Positions 10,546-22,487 of a stretch of 64,000 nt of DNA are shown one piece after another; position 1 is the stretch's first letter, and each line of letters opens with the position of its first letter. The translations under genes and the position numbers were made by a program. The notes beneath the pieces were generated by a model that was not told the DNA's origin, did not search any database, and worked only from the letters and a program-made list of their open reading frames with translations. Origin of the DNA: Alphaproteobacteria bacterium (GTDB lineage: Bacteria; Pseudomonadota; Alphaproteobacteria; UBA828); contig OZ243972.1 of NCBI GenBank assembly GCA_965214705.1, positions 1,504,001 to 1,568,000 on the forward strand, written 5' to 3'.

Positions 10546-12114
10546 GCTCTTACCAGGAAGGCAAGCTGTCTCTGCCGTCATCCACAGACCTCGAAGAATC
10601 GCATGACGAAACGATCCATCCGTGCCGCCATGCAGACGCCAACAACATTTTCCAGCGCTTTGCATCATCTGTACAATCAGTCGCTCCTGGAAATTGGCCC
10701 GCTCTTCTTACTTCGTCGGGATAGATCACTAGGCCGTGCAAGACCACCTTCAATCCTCAAATGAATTATTGGTATCGATGCATTGCCAATCTGTTTCAAT
10801 ATAATTCGCGTGCTACTCGCAGGTGGTTGTGGAGCGGTTGTTTTCCGCTTGCTATCCAATATGCATAGTACACCGACCCTTTTACCACTTGATACCACAT
10901 ACTGCGCCGTCTGATCAGCGAATTTTTCAATTGTCTTACTGTCAACTTCTCCTGATGGTATCGCTTTTAGCTCTACCCTTATCCGATGAAATGACAAATC
11001 ACAAATGCCACGACCGGTCTGAGGATGTTTCTCTAGATCCTCTCCTATACTTGGCCATCTCCGTAATGATTTCACGGCCTCAGACTGAAATACATCCTCT
11101 CTTGTGCCTTCTGGGAACAAAGCATCCGACAACGCTTGGCCCGCCAAGTTGCCGAGGCATGCACACACTTCTAGCGCATTTGCCAAGTCAGCATCAGGAA
11201 GACCCGGAACAGCGCGCAACTCACTTCTAATGTCAAGTATCTTCTCATCAAACTCCGCATACCCACTAACCCGACCACTCCTATGATCCACGCTTTCGAT
11301 CCGTAAAGTTCTCTGTCCTACAATATCCAACGCCTGTTCCGATCTGTCCGGTTCGAAGACACCCCGATATTTGAACTCAAAGGGTCGTGCGCCCAACGCC
11401 GCGCTAACTTTCAGTCGCAACCGTCCTACTCGGCGAAAGATAAACGGGCCCTTACCCTCAGGCGCATTCGGAGGAGTGATTGAAAACGTCGGCAAATCAT
11501 AGCTATCCTCTGGTTCCATCGATACCGGCACAACAATGAGCCGCTTGGCATCGTTAGGCCATCTAGAGACTCTCAAGTCCAGGCCTACATCGTACGCCAC
11601 GTTAGTACGAAGCGTGTTTATGTCCTTAGCCGCACATCCATTGATTTCGAATTTGATGAAAGCAATCTCAAGCCGCTTCTTCGATTTGCTTTGGGAATCG
11701 TCGACAGTTTCACCGGACGGGAAAACGTTCTGCGCCACCATACCGAAGAGCATTGCGGTTCTTAGCGTTCGTATCTTTAACTCCGCCACCTCACTTGGTT
11801 GTTGAAGCTCAGCCAATCCCCGCAACACATCTTGTAGCGCACACGCTTCTTCTTCCGATTGCTGCGCAAGTGATTCCTGCGCGCGTAGCCTACAAGCGTC
11901 TCGGAATCTGTGCGAATCTGCTTCGGCCGTACGAATCGCTCCAATCCAGCGCTGCGCCATGGCTAGACAATGAAGCGTGGTCGAAAACGCGCTCAGCTCG
12001 CTGCCGGGATGCAGTTTACCGAAATCGTCACCAATAAGCTTGATTTCAGCCGCTGACCGCTCAATGGCAACAGCATTACCTAGCTCTACTGCTGCTAGTG
12101 CAGAAAGTCTACTC

Positions 12115-13613
12115 GAGCCGCTTGCAAAACTCTGATCGACTCGGAGCGGCGCAAGAACACCCAAGCTAGCAGCGACGTCGGCGCACGGCAATTGGCGCGA
12201 TTTTGATCGCGACCATGGTCGGATCAGCGTTGGCGCTGCCTCCGATTCGGTATTTTCGCCGAACTCCAGGCGCGTTTGGCCGCTCCGCCTCTCAGGAAGT
12301 GCGGCTGCGGTGATGGCGAAGGAGAGGAGCCGGACTAGATCGGCGGAACGATAAGGCGCATCAGCTGGCTGGCCGTCAGCACGGTCATGCCGAACATGAG
12401 GTGGGCGAGAACCTTGTCGTACCCGCGCACGCGGACATGGCGGCCGCCGAACTCATCCTTGAGCCGCCCATTGATCCGCTCGGACCCCGAGCGCACGACG
12501 TAACGACGCTCCTCGGGAAAGACGAGGCCGAGCGTGCGCCGCGCCTTCTTCTCCTGCTTCAACGCCTCTTGCATTTCGACCGAGCGGCGGGGGTTCACGT
12601 CGATGATCGGCTTGTGGCCCAGCAAGATGCTGTGCGCCCAGATCTCGATGGAATCATAGGCCGCGTCCATAAGGTCGTAGAGGTTCTCGACCCGCCCGGC
12701 CGTCAGGGTTCCCAACGGAATCGCCACCTGGGAGTCATGCGTCGACGCAGACGTCATGATGCAGCTGATGGGGATCCCGCCATCGGCGGTATCGACGTGC
12801 AGCTTGTACCCGATCCAGGAGGTGGTATGGCCCTTGGCGTTGCGCTTGCTGCCGACATCGCAGGCCCTCGGCAGGTCTGCCAGCATCTGCGGAAGGCTCA
12901 TCGTCAGTTGCCGTTCCAGCCGGCTCGGCTCCTTCGCCCGCGCCTCTCCCTTGCGTGGCCGCCCCCGCTTGCGCCGCTTCGGCTTCGCTGCCTTCGGCTT
13001 CGGCTTCTCCCGCGCCTCGATCGCCGTCGCATCCCGCGAGATGTGCTCGACAAGATGGCCATCCATCGTCCGCGCAATCAACGTCTCATGCAGACGGTTC
13101 GCAAGACGGCTCTCGGCAAACTCGGAAAAGGCCCGCGAAAACGTCGCCTCGCTCGGAAGCCGGCCGGCACCGCTCCAGCCGCACAGCCGGCATAGCCTGC
13201 CGTCAACCTCAAGACGCTCGATCAGGCCGCGCGTCGTCGGAACGTCGAACACGGCCTTGGCGATGAAGGCGCGCGCCAGCGCCGCGCGGTCCTCCTCCGG
13301 CCGCCCTACCTGGCCGCGGAAGTAGGGCAGAAGAGCCTCGACCCGCACCAGTTCCAGAACCGCGACGAACAGCTCGTAGCGCTCGCCCATCGGGCCAAGC
13401 TCGCTCTCGAGCCTCGGGAATAACTCTTGTTGAAAGGCGTACCAGTAATCCGATAGCATCTCGCGCAGGGACACGGCTCCACTCCTCCGTGGTCATCATG
13501 CGGTGTTTTGCGCTAGCGCAGCACATGATACTCACGAGGGTGGGCCGGTCCCACCGCAAAGGCCTTCACTCAGGCAGAAGAGCAACTCGACTCAGCTATT
13601 TTGCAAGAGGCTC
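12115..13613 (-). mobile_element. IS5/IS1182-like insertion sequence
   Basis: IRs GAGCCGCTTGCAAAA and TTTTGCAAGAGGCTC; 5-bp duplication TACTC (12110-12114, 13614-13618). Confidence 0.9.
12335..13474 (-). CDS. DDE transposase (IS5/IS1182-like)
   Basis: PSEATFSR, SRDATAI, GYKLH, LMDAAYD, RSGSERING. Confidence 0.9.
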   Translation of the reverse strand: MSLREMLSDYWYAFQQELFPRLESELGPMGERYELFVAVLELVRVEALLPYFRGQVGRPEEDRAALARAFIAKAVFDVPTTRGLIERLEVDGRLCRLCGWSGAGRLPSEATFSRAFSEFAESRLANRLHETLIARTMDGHLVEHISRDATAIEAREKPKPKAAKPKRRKRGRPRKGEARAKEPSRLERQLTMSLPQMLADLPRACDVGSKRNAKGHTTSWIGYKLHVDTADGGIPISCIMTSASTHDSQVAIPLGTLTAGRVENLYDLMDAAYDSIEIWAHSILLGHKPIIDVNPRRSVEMQEALKQEKKARRTLGLVFPEERRYVVRSGSERINGRLKDEFGGRHVRVRGYDKVLAHLMFGMTVLTASQLMRLIVPPI

Positions 13614-16195
13614 TACTCGAAAAAGAACGGTCGAAAAGATTGCCTTTCATTCCGTTCCGCCTCTTCATCCGCCGTGCGCTTTTGCAACGATGACCAGTTC
13701 ATTCTTGCCTCAGCAACCGAAATTCCTTCTGAAGCACGCTTCAACTCGAACTCACACACCTGCCGAAGACCTTCGTAATGGTATTTCAACATACGTTGCC
13801 TCCGCGTATTGGGAATTTGGGAGAGTATTCGTACGCAAACATCAGTTGCCTCTTGCCAACATCCTACCTTAGCCAGAAGCGTGATAAGCGAGTTTGCAAT
13901 GTATGGATGTGTTGTAGCGAATGCTAGCGCGGAATCAGCAATATCTTCTGAATTCGACTCTAGACTTTTCACAGGCACTTCGTCCAAGAGTTGTAATACT
14001 TGATCTCGTCCATTGTAGTCTACCATGCCATGACCGAGCGTTTTGATACAGAGTGGTACGATTCCCGGCGCATTCACTAGAGAGCCACCAAGGGAGTCCA
14101 ATGCCTCCCGTGCATGGAGGCTGTCCATTTGATCAATCACAGAAACCACAAACTCTCCATGGCTTTCCGCTAGCTGCGTATCCGTTAGGCAGCCGTATAC
14201 ATACTTTCGAAGAAGATCAACCACAAAATCCGGGTCATCTTGAGTGCGTCGGTAGACTCGAATTAGAACAAGCAACGATAAGGCCACATCAACCTTAAGT
14301 CTCTCTGGAAAATCATAAATCTTCAAGGAGCGTGCGGCCGCCTTGTGGACATATACGTTAGGATCACTTAGAAGCACCAAATACACTTCGAACATGAGAT
14401 CAGGCAGATCTCGCCTCACTTCATGAGACATTTCACCAACCGCGCGCGCAGCGTTACCCCGAATAAGTGCTTCTGGATCAGTCATCGCTCGGTAAAGGTG
14501 AGGAATAACGTCGCTGTAATGCGAAGAACTCTTCATCAAGACGGACAAGTGCTTAACTACATTGGCCCGCATCTCGACTTCCGTCTCCGGAAGTGCTTCG
14601 TAAAATGACAACGCCCGTTTGGTACTATGTATCCCCTCTTGGTCGCTTGCTTGGAATGCCCAGGCTATTAGGTTGCTTTGCAAGAGGTATATAGTGTTGC
14701 GTTTCCGGCTTCGCTCTAAATCTTCGAGACCCGTTCTCTCCGCCGCGTCTACCTTCGGTGGTTCGTGTCCACTCAGCTTGCTTGACAGTGTCGCCGCGGC
14801 GCCGAGTATGCCGTCAACGTGCTTCGCGGCTATAGGCAAAAGATCGGAACGGACATACGAAAAGAAGTGAGTAGCGGTATTATTAAACGAATCATATGGA
14901 TTATCAACTGCCATCCAAAGGATTCTAGTAAACGCTCGTTCTTCCGCTTCTCCGGGAGTGATGGTTGACCTGCTCCATTCTCCTCTCAATACTCCTGAGT
15001 ATATCAGTGCCGCTTCAGATCGAGCGGTTTCGCTGGCTCCCTCCAGCAGGAGCTGAAGAAGGGAATCTGCTTGCTCTGGAAAACAACGGAACAATCCTAC
15101 CACGGTGCTTCGCAATACCTGCAGCCAATCAACTGTGCTGTCTTGCCCATACTCTGGAAGCAAATGATTTCGTCGTAACAACTTAGCTAGAACATCCCGC
15201 AAGAGCGGTTCTACAATGTCTGGGTGTGACTCTGTCACGACTGAAATGGCACGGAAGGCCGCGTCGATTAGCCCCGATTGCCCAGACTGCAGGCAGCTAT
15301 TGAGAACATGTGTAGTATCTTCAGGATGACAGGCCGCGATAGCCAACAGTGGGCCTGAGTCGGTCTTACGTTCAAAATGTGGAAAGCTGGAGTATGGACG
15401 AGCAAGAAGAGCCAAATTGGGGAGTATGGCTGTGATTTCTTCTTGAGACAGGCGATGGGAGGATTCCTTCAAGTAGTTCGCGGCAACTTCATCAGTATTC
15501 TGGTTGGAGGCATTTCGCACAGCAAAATATTTCTTAATCTCATCTTCGACCGGAAGCTGCAATATTGTACGCAGAGCCGGGATCTCTAACTTGGCATTTT
15601 TGCTTTCCAGTTTCTCTTTTAGAAAGTCAATAATTTCAGTGGAAAATGTTTCTGGCGCAAGACATGCCAGCTCCACTAGCATGGCATGGTTCTTGGCATC
15701 ATCTTGCTGTACAATGGAGACCAGCAAATCAACTATCTGATTTGTAAATTCATCTCCAGGAACACGTAGCCGTTCCAACTCTGCTAGTTCTTCGTCCTGT
15801 CGACGGGCTTCGTAGACTCTTTGTTTTGATTCGCGCTCACTACGCTCTTTCTCCCGTTCCTTGTACGCTTGAATCAATGGCTCAATGCTTTGACCCGTTC
15901 CAGGTGAACGCTTGTCGCAAGACTCGCAATGGGCGAGACAAAAGTTGATGGCTGCATCCTCGAGGTCCCAGCAATGCATGCCGGTATCGGGAGCATGGTC
16001 ACACTCAATTCCCATGAGCCCTATGGGCACGCCCGCAATTTGCTCCACCAAGCCAATGCCGCCTGAGCGAGCAATTCGCGCATTCTTACACCAATTGGCG
16101 ACTTGTCGAGCGATTCGTTCGTTTTTTTGGCCCTGCAGTACTAGCTCTTGAATTCGCTCTTCGCTTGAGTCTTCCATGTCTAGGGAGCGCCCCAT
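13613..16195 (-). CDS. 860-aa HEAT/ARM-repeat protein with Cys/His-rich N-terminus
   Basis: Long low-GC ORF; LYRAMTDPEALIRGNAARAVG and LLSDPNVYVHKAAARSL are HEAT-like; N-terminal CDH..HC..HCESC. Confidence 0.8.
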   Translation of the reverse strand: MGRSLDMEDSSEERIQELVLQGQKNERIARQVANWCKNARIARSGGIGLVEQIAGVPIGLMGIECDHAPDTGMHCWDLEDAAINFCLAHCESCDKRSPGTGQSIEPLIQAYKEREKERSERESKQRVYEARRQDEELAELERLRVPGDEFTNQIVDLLVSIVQQDDAKNHAMLVELACLAPETFSTEIIDFLKEKLESKNAKLEIPALRTILQLPVEDEIKKYFAVRNASNQNTDEVAANYLKESSHRLSQEEITAILPNLALLARPYSSFPHFERKTDSGPLLAIAACHPEDTTHVLNSCLQSGQSGLIDAAFRAISVVTESHPDIVEPLLRDVLAKLLRRNHLLPEYGQDSTVDWLQVLRSTVVGLFRCFPEQADSLLQLLLEGASETARSEAALIYSGVLRGEWSRSTITPGEAEERAFTRILWMAVDNPYDSFNNTATHFFSYVRSDLLPIAAKHVDGILGAAATLSSKLSGHEPPKVDAAERTGLEDLERSRKRNTIYLLQSNLIAWAFQASDQEGIHSTKRALSFYEALPETEVEMRANVVKHLSVLMKSSSHYSDVIPHLYRAMTDPEALIRGNAARAVGEMSHEVRRDLPDLMFEVYLVLLSDPNVYVHKAAARSLKIYDFPERLKVDVALSLLVLIRVYRRTQDDPDFVVDLLRKYVYGCLTDTQLAESHGEFVVSVIDQMDSLHAREALDSLGGSLVNAPGIVPLCIKTLGHGMVDYNGRDQVLQLLDEVPVKSLESNSEDIADSALAFATTHPYIANSLITLLAKVGCWQEATDVCVRILSQIPNTRRQRMLKYHYEGLRQVCEFELKRASEGISVAEARMNWSSLQKRTADEEAERNERQSFRPFFFE

Positions 16196-17824
16196 TACCT
16201 GCTAACGCTCATATTGCAGTAGCGGTGCGTTACGCTTGAACAGTAATTGGCCGGCGTCGCGATCCGAGTTACACGATCAGCTTCGGTTTCGACAGTGACG
16301 TAAGGATCGGCGGCACTCGCATCGTGCGACGTCCATATAGAAGATTGGGTCAAGGCTGCCGGCAAACGTGGTTCCTTCAACTCAAACCGTCCAGTCTTAG
16401 TCGATTCTATCGGATCCCATCGGGCTCCGCACATAGCCCGAGAGCGTTTCGCTTTCCACGTACCGTTACAATTGTTTTGTCTGCCCCGATGATGGGATCT
16501 TGGAAGTGGGGATCGACACCGCCTCTCCGTACGCGAAGTAATCTGAGTGGATGCGGTCAGGCTCTTCGTCTCGGATATCCCGAGCCCGGCGGTTCGGACG
16601 GCCTCTTTCGCGGTTGATTCCACGGCGATTAACTTGAGCACGGCGTCGACCGCATCTTCGCGAGGTACGTCCCTAGCGCAATGCTCGAGAAGCCGACTGC
16701 CCTTCCCTTGTTGTCTCCTCTCGGATTCCGACCGAACTCGCGCTGAACAGCGCCCAATTCTTGAAGGGAATCTGCAACCAATTCGGAAGCGGCACCGTTC
16801 CCACCCCTCGCATCGCTGTCGTTCTTGACTTCAAGACGCGTACTGGCCCCGCCGCTCTTCGCGTCGCCGGCGGACACCGCTCTACGGCTCTGCACAAACT
16901 CGCTTCGTCGAGATGTGCGTGGCTGTCGGCGGCAACCACGCATCGATGTCCGAGCAGTCTTCCCCCATGTTCAAATTCTCGCCGCTCATGATCGCATGAG
17001 AAGCATGGCTATGTCTCAGATCGTGAAGCAGCGCATCGCAAAGCTCCGTGTCTGATGACATTGGCCACGGGCCGTGGCCCGAAATGCGTTCGAAACCGAG
17101 TCCCTGGAGGGTGCAATATATGGCCGGGTATCAGCTGTTGGCCAGCCAGCTTGACGTGACGATCCTCTCGGTCGCCGGCGGCCGTCCGGCCCGGAAATGG
17201 GCAACGCAGGTCCCGACCGGAACGGTCGAGGGACGAGTCCGGGACTGAGCCGGGACCAGTCTCCGGTCTTCGTGCAGCAGTCGCGCCATGCCATCATCGC
17301 CGACTGCCGCGTGTCTGTGGCTACCACCTTGCGGGACCCCTCAAGCCTTCGCCATGCCGATGTGCGATCTCATTCAGGCCTGTCTCACCGAACTCGACGC
17401 TTCAGACGACATGCGCGGACTTTGGCACGCCGCCAAGGCACGCGCCACGGCGCTGCTCGACACCCCTGGCGTCCCGTCCGCGCTCATTGCCGCCTTGCTC
17501 GACAGCATCAGCGCGGACCGGCACCGCCCCACCTTGAATTGTTCGAAGTCCTCGTGAGACAGGCGCATCTGGACGCCGAGAGCCGGGACCGCCTCGGCGA
17601 GCGGTTCCTGAAGCAGTCCGGCACCACGATAGAGGCAATCATCATCACCGGCGTCCTCGACCACGATACGGGGAACGACCTCACGCTCGCCTATGCCCGC
17701 GCCCGAGTCCGCCCGCCCGAGAGTCTCGTCGCCCTCGTCATGCCTCAGGTGACAGCGTTGGCGGACAGCGGGCGGTATACGGTAGTCCTTCCGGGCGATC
17801 CTTCTAGCCGGCCAGCAGCGGGCT

Positions 17825-20800
17825 TCATGCCGCAGGCCGGGTTACAGGCCGACGCGAGAGAGAACCCGATTGCGCCGGTCCGAACAGCGCATCGATATCG
17901 TCGTCCGTCAGCCCCAGCGGTCCCCGGCCCGTGCCTTCGAACAGCGCGTCCGCCAGGGCCTGCTTGCGCGCCTGCATCCGCTGGATCGCGGCCTCAACGG
18001 TATTCTCGGCAATCAGCCGGTGCACGAACACCGGCTTGTCCTGGCCGATCCGATGCGCCCTGTCCATGGCCTGCCGTTCCGTAGCCGGGTTCCACCAGGG
18101 ATCGTAGACGATCACCGTGTCGGCGGCCGTGAGGTTGAGGCCCGTGCCGCCGGCCTTCAGGCTCGCCAGGAACAGCGGGAGATCGCCGGACTGGAAGGCC
18201 GCGACCTGGGCGTCGCGGTCCTTCGTCGCCCCGTGCAGCATGGCGTAGCCCCAACCTTGCGCGGCGATGTCCCGCTCGATCAGCTTCAGCATTTCCACGA
18301 ACTGGGAGAAGACCAGCACCTTGCGCCCCTCGGCCACCAGCTCCTCCAGCAGCGCGAGAAGGCGCGCCCGCTTGGCGCTCGCGGTTACCTTGCGCGCGGC
18401 GTCGAGCTTCACCAGGCTTGGGTCGCAGCACACTTGGCGCAGCCTGAGCAGCGCCTCGAATATCGCCATCTGCGATGCCGCCAGGCCTTGCGCGGCGATC
18501 GCCTCACGGACCTGCCTGTCCATTGTCGTCCGGATGCCTTCGTAGAGCGCAGCCTGGGCGCCTTCCAGTGGGATCGTTTCGTCTATCACCGTCCTTTCCG
18601 GCAGCTCGGGGGCGACCTCTTCCTTGGTGCGACGCATCAGGAAGGGCTTCACCCGGGCCGCGAGCAGCCGTTGCCGGGCGAGGTCGCCGCGCTTCTCGAT
18701 GGGGGTCCGGAAGTCGGCGGTAAACTTCTTGCGGTTGCCGAGCAGGCCCGGCACGAGCCAGTCGTAGAGCGCCCACAGCTCCTGGAGGCTGTTCTCCAGC
18801 GGCGTCCCGGTCAGCGCCAGGCGCTGGCGCGCGCGAATCTCCCGGATGCGCTTCGAGACCGCCGAGGCAGGATTCTTCACCGCCTGCGCCTCGTCCAGCA
18901 CCGCGATCTCGAAGTCCCGGTCGAACAGCGCCTCGTGGTCCCGGTTGAGCAACGGATAGGTCGTGACGATGAGGTGGTGATCGGGGATTACCGGGAAATG
19001 CCGCCGCCGGTCGGGGCCGTGCAGCACCAACAGCTTCAGATCGGGCACGAAGCGCGCGGCCTCGCGGCGCCAGTTGCCGACCAGGCTGGTCGGCACCACC
19101 AGCAGGCTCGGCCGCTCCACTTTCTCCTCCAGATGCCGGTGCGCCAGCAGCGCCAGCGTCTGTACGGTCTTGCCGAGCCCCATGTCGTCGGCCAGTACCC
19201 CGCCGAAGCCGCTCTCCGAAAGCGCCTTCAGCCAGCCGTAGCCGGTGCGCTGGTAGGGACGCAGTTCGCCCCGAAGCGTGGCGGGTGGAGCCAGCTCCGG
19301 CGCCTCGGCAAGCGCCCGCAGCCGCGCTCCGAGATCGAGGATCTCCCGCCCGCCGGTCCAGGGCGCGCCGCAGCCTTCCAGCGCCTCCGCCAGCGCGAAC
19401 AGGCGGCCCGTATCGGCCCTGTGGAATTCCAGAAGCCCGTGCACCTCCAGGAACGCCTCCGCGAACCGCGCGAAGCGGGAACCGTCCAGGGCGACCCAAC
19501 TGCCGTCATCGAGCCGTGTGTGAAAAGTCCGGCCGGCCAGATGGCTCTCGATGTCGAAGCCTTCCTCCAGCCGGCCCCATTCGTCGACCGGTAGCTCCTC
19601 GACGATCTGGAGCACGATCGGTCCGATGTCGTACTTCCGGCCGTCCGCCTCCAGCGAGAGGCGAAGCGAGAACCAGTCCGTCTCGTCGGCTTCCAGCGAA
19701 GTCGAGAACGCGACCGGCCCTTCGTGCAGCCGGAACGGCCATGAGTCGTCGGCCTCGATGCGCCAGCCCCGGGCCCGCAGTCCCGGAACCGCCCGAACCG
19801 CAAACCCCAGGCCAGCCCCAGCCCCGTCATCCCGCCCGTCGCCGATCGGCGGGAACACCACTTCGGCGTCCCTCAGCTCCGGCGGCAGGTTCCGGTGGTA
19901 ACGCAGCAGCTCGCGGTTTTCCCAGGCATGGGGCGTTGCCGCTTCCCGCAGGATTTCCAGGAGCTCCTCCTCGCGCGCGCGGTCGCGCCGGATGACCGCA
20001 AAGCCCTCGCTCCCCTCCGCCGCCAAGTCATCTCCCCGTCCGGCGCGCACCCGGTTCCCGGCGCCCGGGTAGGCGATCTCGAGCCGGGCACACGGATAGA
20101 CCAGGACATCGCTGCCGCTCACCTCCACAATCCGCCTGCCGTCGTAGGCATGCCGCACCGCCCTGTGCTCGCAGCCGAAGAGCCCGAGCACCGGCTCCGG
20201 CATGACATCGCTGCGCTCCTCGACCCGGTGAAGCTGCGGCACGCGAGCGTGCTGGCCGGCACGGGACAGTCTCGCGGCGACCGCATCGATCGACCCGCGC
20301 TCGACCGGCGGTGCGGCCGCGAGCCAGGACGCCAGCCCCGCCGGCAGCCCGGTTTCAGCGACGCCGATCTCGCCGCTTTGCGGATCCATGAACATCGGCG
20401 TGGGGAAAGGCAGCAGCGTCAGCGGCGAACCCGCATCGTCATGCGCCGCGACCTGCTGCCGGCCCGCCTCGCCGACCTCCCAGGCGAGCACGCAGCGCCG
20501 CGGCTCCGACCACGAAAGCGCCATGCCCCGGATGTCGTCGGCCCGTGCGCGGCCGGTTTCGACGATGCCGCGAACCAGGCCGGTCAGCTCCTCGCCCTCG
20601 GGCCAGTCGTGGCGCCGGGGCCAGATGTCCCCCTGGTAATAGCCGAGCCTGCCGATCAGCGCGGCGTCTTCCGGGGTCAGGAACTTGCGCTGCGCGGACG
20701 CCGTCCCCTCGCGATACTCGCGGAAGTTCGTGCCGATCATGCCGTCCTTCTTCAGATAGGCCCGGTAGGGATCGATGCGCATGCCGCCCGTCGTATCGCG

Positions 20801-21250
20801 GTGGATGACGTAGAACAGATGGTTCCGGCCGGGCTCGGGCGGACCGCTTGGCCGGTCCTCCTGTCTTGCCGCAGCCGACCGGGGCCAGTCGTCCAGCCAG
20901 CGCCGCACGTCCCGGGACACGCCCCCGCGGGCGGAGACGGCAGCGCCGTCGACCGCTTCCGGTGAGACATGGCGGGCGGCGAGCAGGACGGCGGCCGTGT
21001 GCTTGCAGTTGTGGCCGACCGGGCAGGAGCAATGCCCCTCGACCGGAACCAGTGCTCCGTCCGCTCCGGACTCGTACTTGACCACGACTGCATAGGGTTT
21101 GGGCCGGCTACCCGAGACCTCCCCGAAGAGCCGGCCGTGCGGCCCGAAACTGACCGAACGCACCATGCCACGCTGGAAATAATCCAACCCTCGCAGGTAG
21201 GCGTCTTCCCCGACCACGTGCTCGATGTCGTACGTTTCGAAAGTCGCCAA
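17825..21250 (-). CDS. SWIM zinc finger-SNF2 family helicase
   Basis: CSCPVGHNCKH; LADDMGLGKT, LDEAQ, LTGTPLEN, QAMDRAHRIGQ; probable TTG start at 21250 after AGGAAGG. Confidence 0.93.
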   Translation of the reverse strand: MATFETYDIEHVVGEDAYLRGLDYFQRGMVRSVSFGPHGRLFGEVSGSRPKPYAVVVKYESGADGALVPVEGHCSCPVGHNCKHTAAVLLAARHVSPEAVDGAAVSARGGVSRDVRRWLDDWPRSAAARQEDRPSGPPEPGRNHLFYVIHRDTTGGMRIDPYRAYLKKDGMIGTNFREYREGTASAQRKFLTPEDAALIGRLGYYQGDIWPRRHDWPEGEELTGLVRGIVETGRARADDIRGMALSWSEPRRCVLAWEVGEAGRQQVAAHDDAGSPLTLLPFPTPMFMDPQSGEIGVAETGLPAGLASWLAAAPPVERGSIDAVAARLSRAGQHARVPQLHRVEERSDVMPEPVLGLFGCEHRAVRHAYDGRRIVEVSGSDVLVYPCARLEIAYPGAGNRVRAGRGDDLAAEGSEGFAVIRRDRAREEELLEILREAATPHAWENRELLRYHRNLPPELRDAEVVFPPIGDGRDDGAGAGLGFAVRAVPGLRARGWRIEADDSWPFRLHEGPVAFSTSLEADETDWFSLRLSLEADGRKYDIGPIVLQIVEELPVDEWGRLEEGFDIESHLAGRTFHTRLDDGSWVALDGSRFARFAEAFLEVHGLLEFHRADTGRLFALAEALEGCGAPWTGGREILDLGARLRALAEAPELAPPATLRGELRPYQRTGYGWLKALSESGFGGVLADDMGLGKTVQTLALLAHRHLEEKVERPSLLVVPTSLVGNWRREAARFVPDLKLLVLHGPDRRRHFPVIPDHHLIVTTYPLLNRDHEALFDRDFEIAVLDEAQAVKNPASAVSKRIREIRARQRLALTGTPLENSLQELWALYDWLVPGLLGNRKKFTADFRTPIEKRGDLARQRLLAARVKPFLMRRTKEEVAPELPERTVIDETIPLEGAQAALYEGIRTTMDRQVREAIAAQGLAASQMAIFEALLRLRQVCCDPSLVKLDAARKVTASAKRARLLALLEELVAEGRKVLVFSQFVEMLKLIERDIAAQGWGYAMLHGATKDRDAQVAAFQSGDLPLFLASLKAGGTGLNLTAADTVIVYDPWWNPATERQAMDRAHRIGQDKPVFVHRLIAENTVEAAIQRMQARKQALADALFEGTGRGPLGLTDDDIDALFGPAQSGSLSRRPVTRPAA

Positions 21251-22455
21251 GCCGGTCCGTCCGCCTTCCTTGCCCCGAATCCGCCGCCGGGACATCCGCT
21301 GTCCCGGGCGGGCGCGTCGACCGCCAACGCCCTGTCCGGGACTGCGACGGACCCTGCGCCGCCGGCTCCCGGCGCGCAAGCCCCGTGCCGTGCCGGGCAT
21401 GCTTCTCGAGCATTCCGGTTGCAGTCGGAAAGCAGTATCGATCCCGCGACCGGAGCGTCGAGCGACAGGTCGGCCGCGAGCGCCCTCGGCGCCTCTATCG
21501 GGAGCCGGCAGAAGCCGCATGCGGTGGCTCTTTTGTCTGCGCCTTTGTCGGCGCCGATCCAGTGTCACACGCTCTCGGCTCCCGTCACGCCAGACCATCC
21601 CGCCTGGAGCCCGTGGCGTGAGGACTTCGCCCAGGTCGCCGTCGTGGCCAGCGCCGGCCCCTCGACATCCCCCGTTCGCCGCGGCGCAGTCGCATCTCTT
21701 GGCCGGCTCCGGTCCCACGCCGGCCCGAGTGAGCGGATGGCGTCCGGGTTCTCGATCCGGACCGGGGCTCGAGGAGTCCCGCGCCGCGGCACCTCACCCT
21801 TCGGAGCCCGCCAATGCACGATCCCGACACGATCTCCGCCGACTACACGCTGCGGCCCAGCGAGCTCGCCGCCACCCTCAAGATCCTTGTCGAAGCCAGA
21901 CAGCCAGTCATGGTCTGGGGTGGTCCCGGAATCGGCAAGAGCGAGGTCGCGCAGCAGGTCGCCGCCGAGGGCGGCCGCACCTACTATGACGTCCGTGCCC
22001 TGCTGCTTGACCCCGTCGACCTGCGTGGCATCCCCTGGCGCGACGACGACAACCGCACTCGCTGGGCTCCACCCGACTTCCTGCCGCCCACCGACAGCGC
22101 CGACCTCTACCTCGTCAACCTGGAGGAGCTTCCCTCCGGCGTGCCCATGGTGCAGGCGGCGCTCTTCCAGCTCGTCCGCGACCGCAAGTGCGGCGAGTAC
22201 GAGCTCCCCGAAGGCGCCTCGCTCATGGCCTGCGGCAACCGCGAGGGCGACCGCGGCGTCACCCACCGCATGCCGACCCCGCTGGCCTCGCGCTTCGTCC
22301 ATCTCGAGATCAAGGTCGACCCATCGGACTGGTTGGAATGGGGAGCCGCGAACGGGATCGCGCCAGAGACTCTCTTTTTCATCCAGCTCAGGCCGGAGCT
22401 CTTGAATGTGTTCGATCCACAGTCGCGCGAGGCGGCTTTCGCGTGTCCCCGCACG

Positions 22456-22487
22456 TGGGAGCTATGTTGAGCTCAACATAGCTCCCA
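22456..22487. repeat. perfect 32-bp palindrome at insertion junction
   Basis: TGGGAGCTATGTTGAG-CTCAACATAGCTCCCA. Confidence 0.95.

Larger units (their letters stand above)
10677..13650 (-). pseudogene. 489-aa protein with C-terminal PD-(D/E)xK nuclease-like domain, 5' end split off by IS
   Basis: Removing 12115-13613 and one TACTC restores ATG(13650) MKGNLFDRSFSSRLSALAAVELG.. in frame to 10677; C-terminus EDVFQ..GICDLSF..VELK..QTAQY..GVLCILD. Confidence 0.75.

Noticed and set aside
10677-16195. One ~1350-aa gene split by the IS
   Set aside because: Removing the IS leaves TAG after PFFFE; the downstream part is in another frame with its own ATG at 13650, so there are two genes
16200-17820. 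Short ORFs between the HEAT gene and SNF2
   Set aside because: No recognisable motifs; probably decayed fragments, cannot support a call
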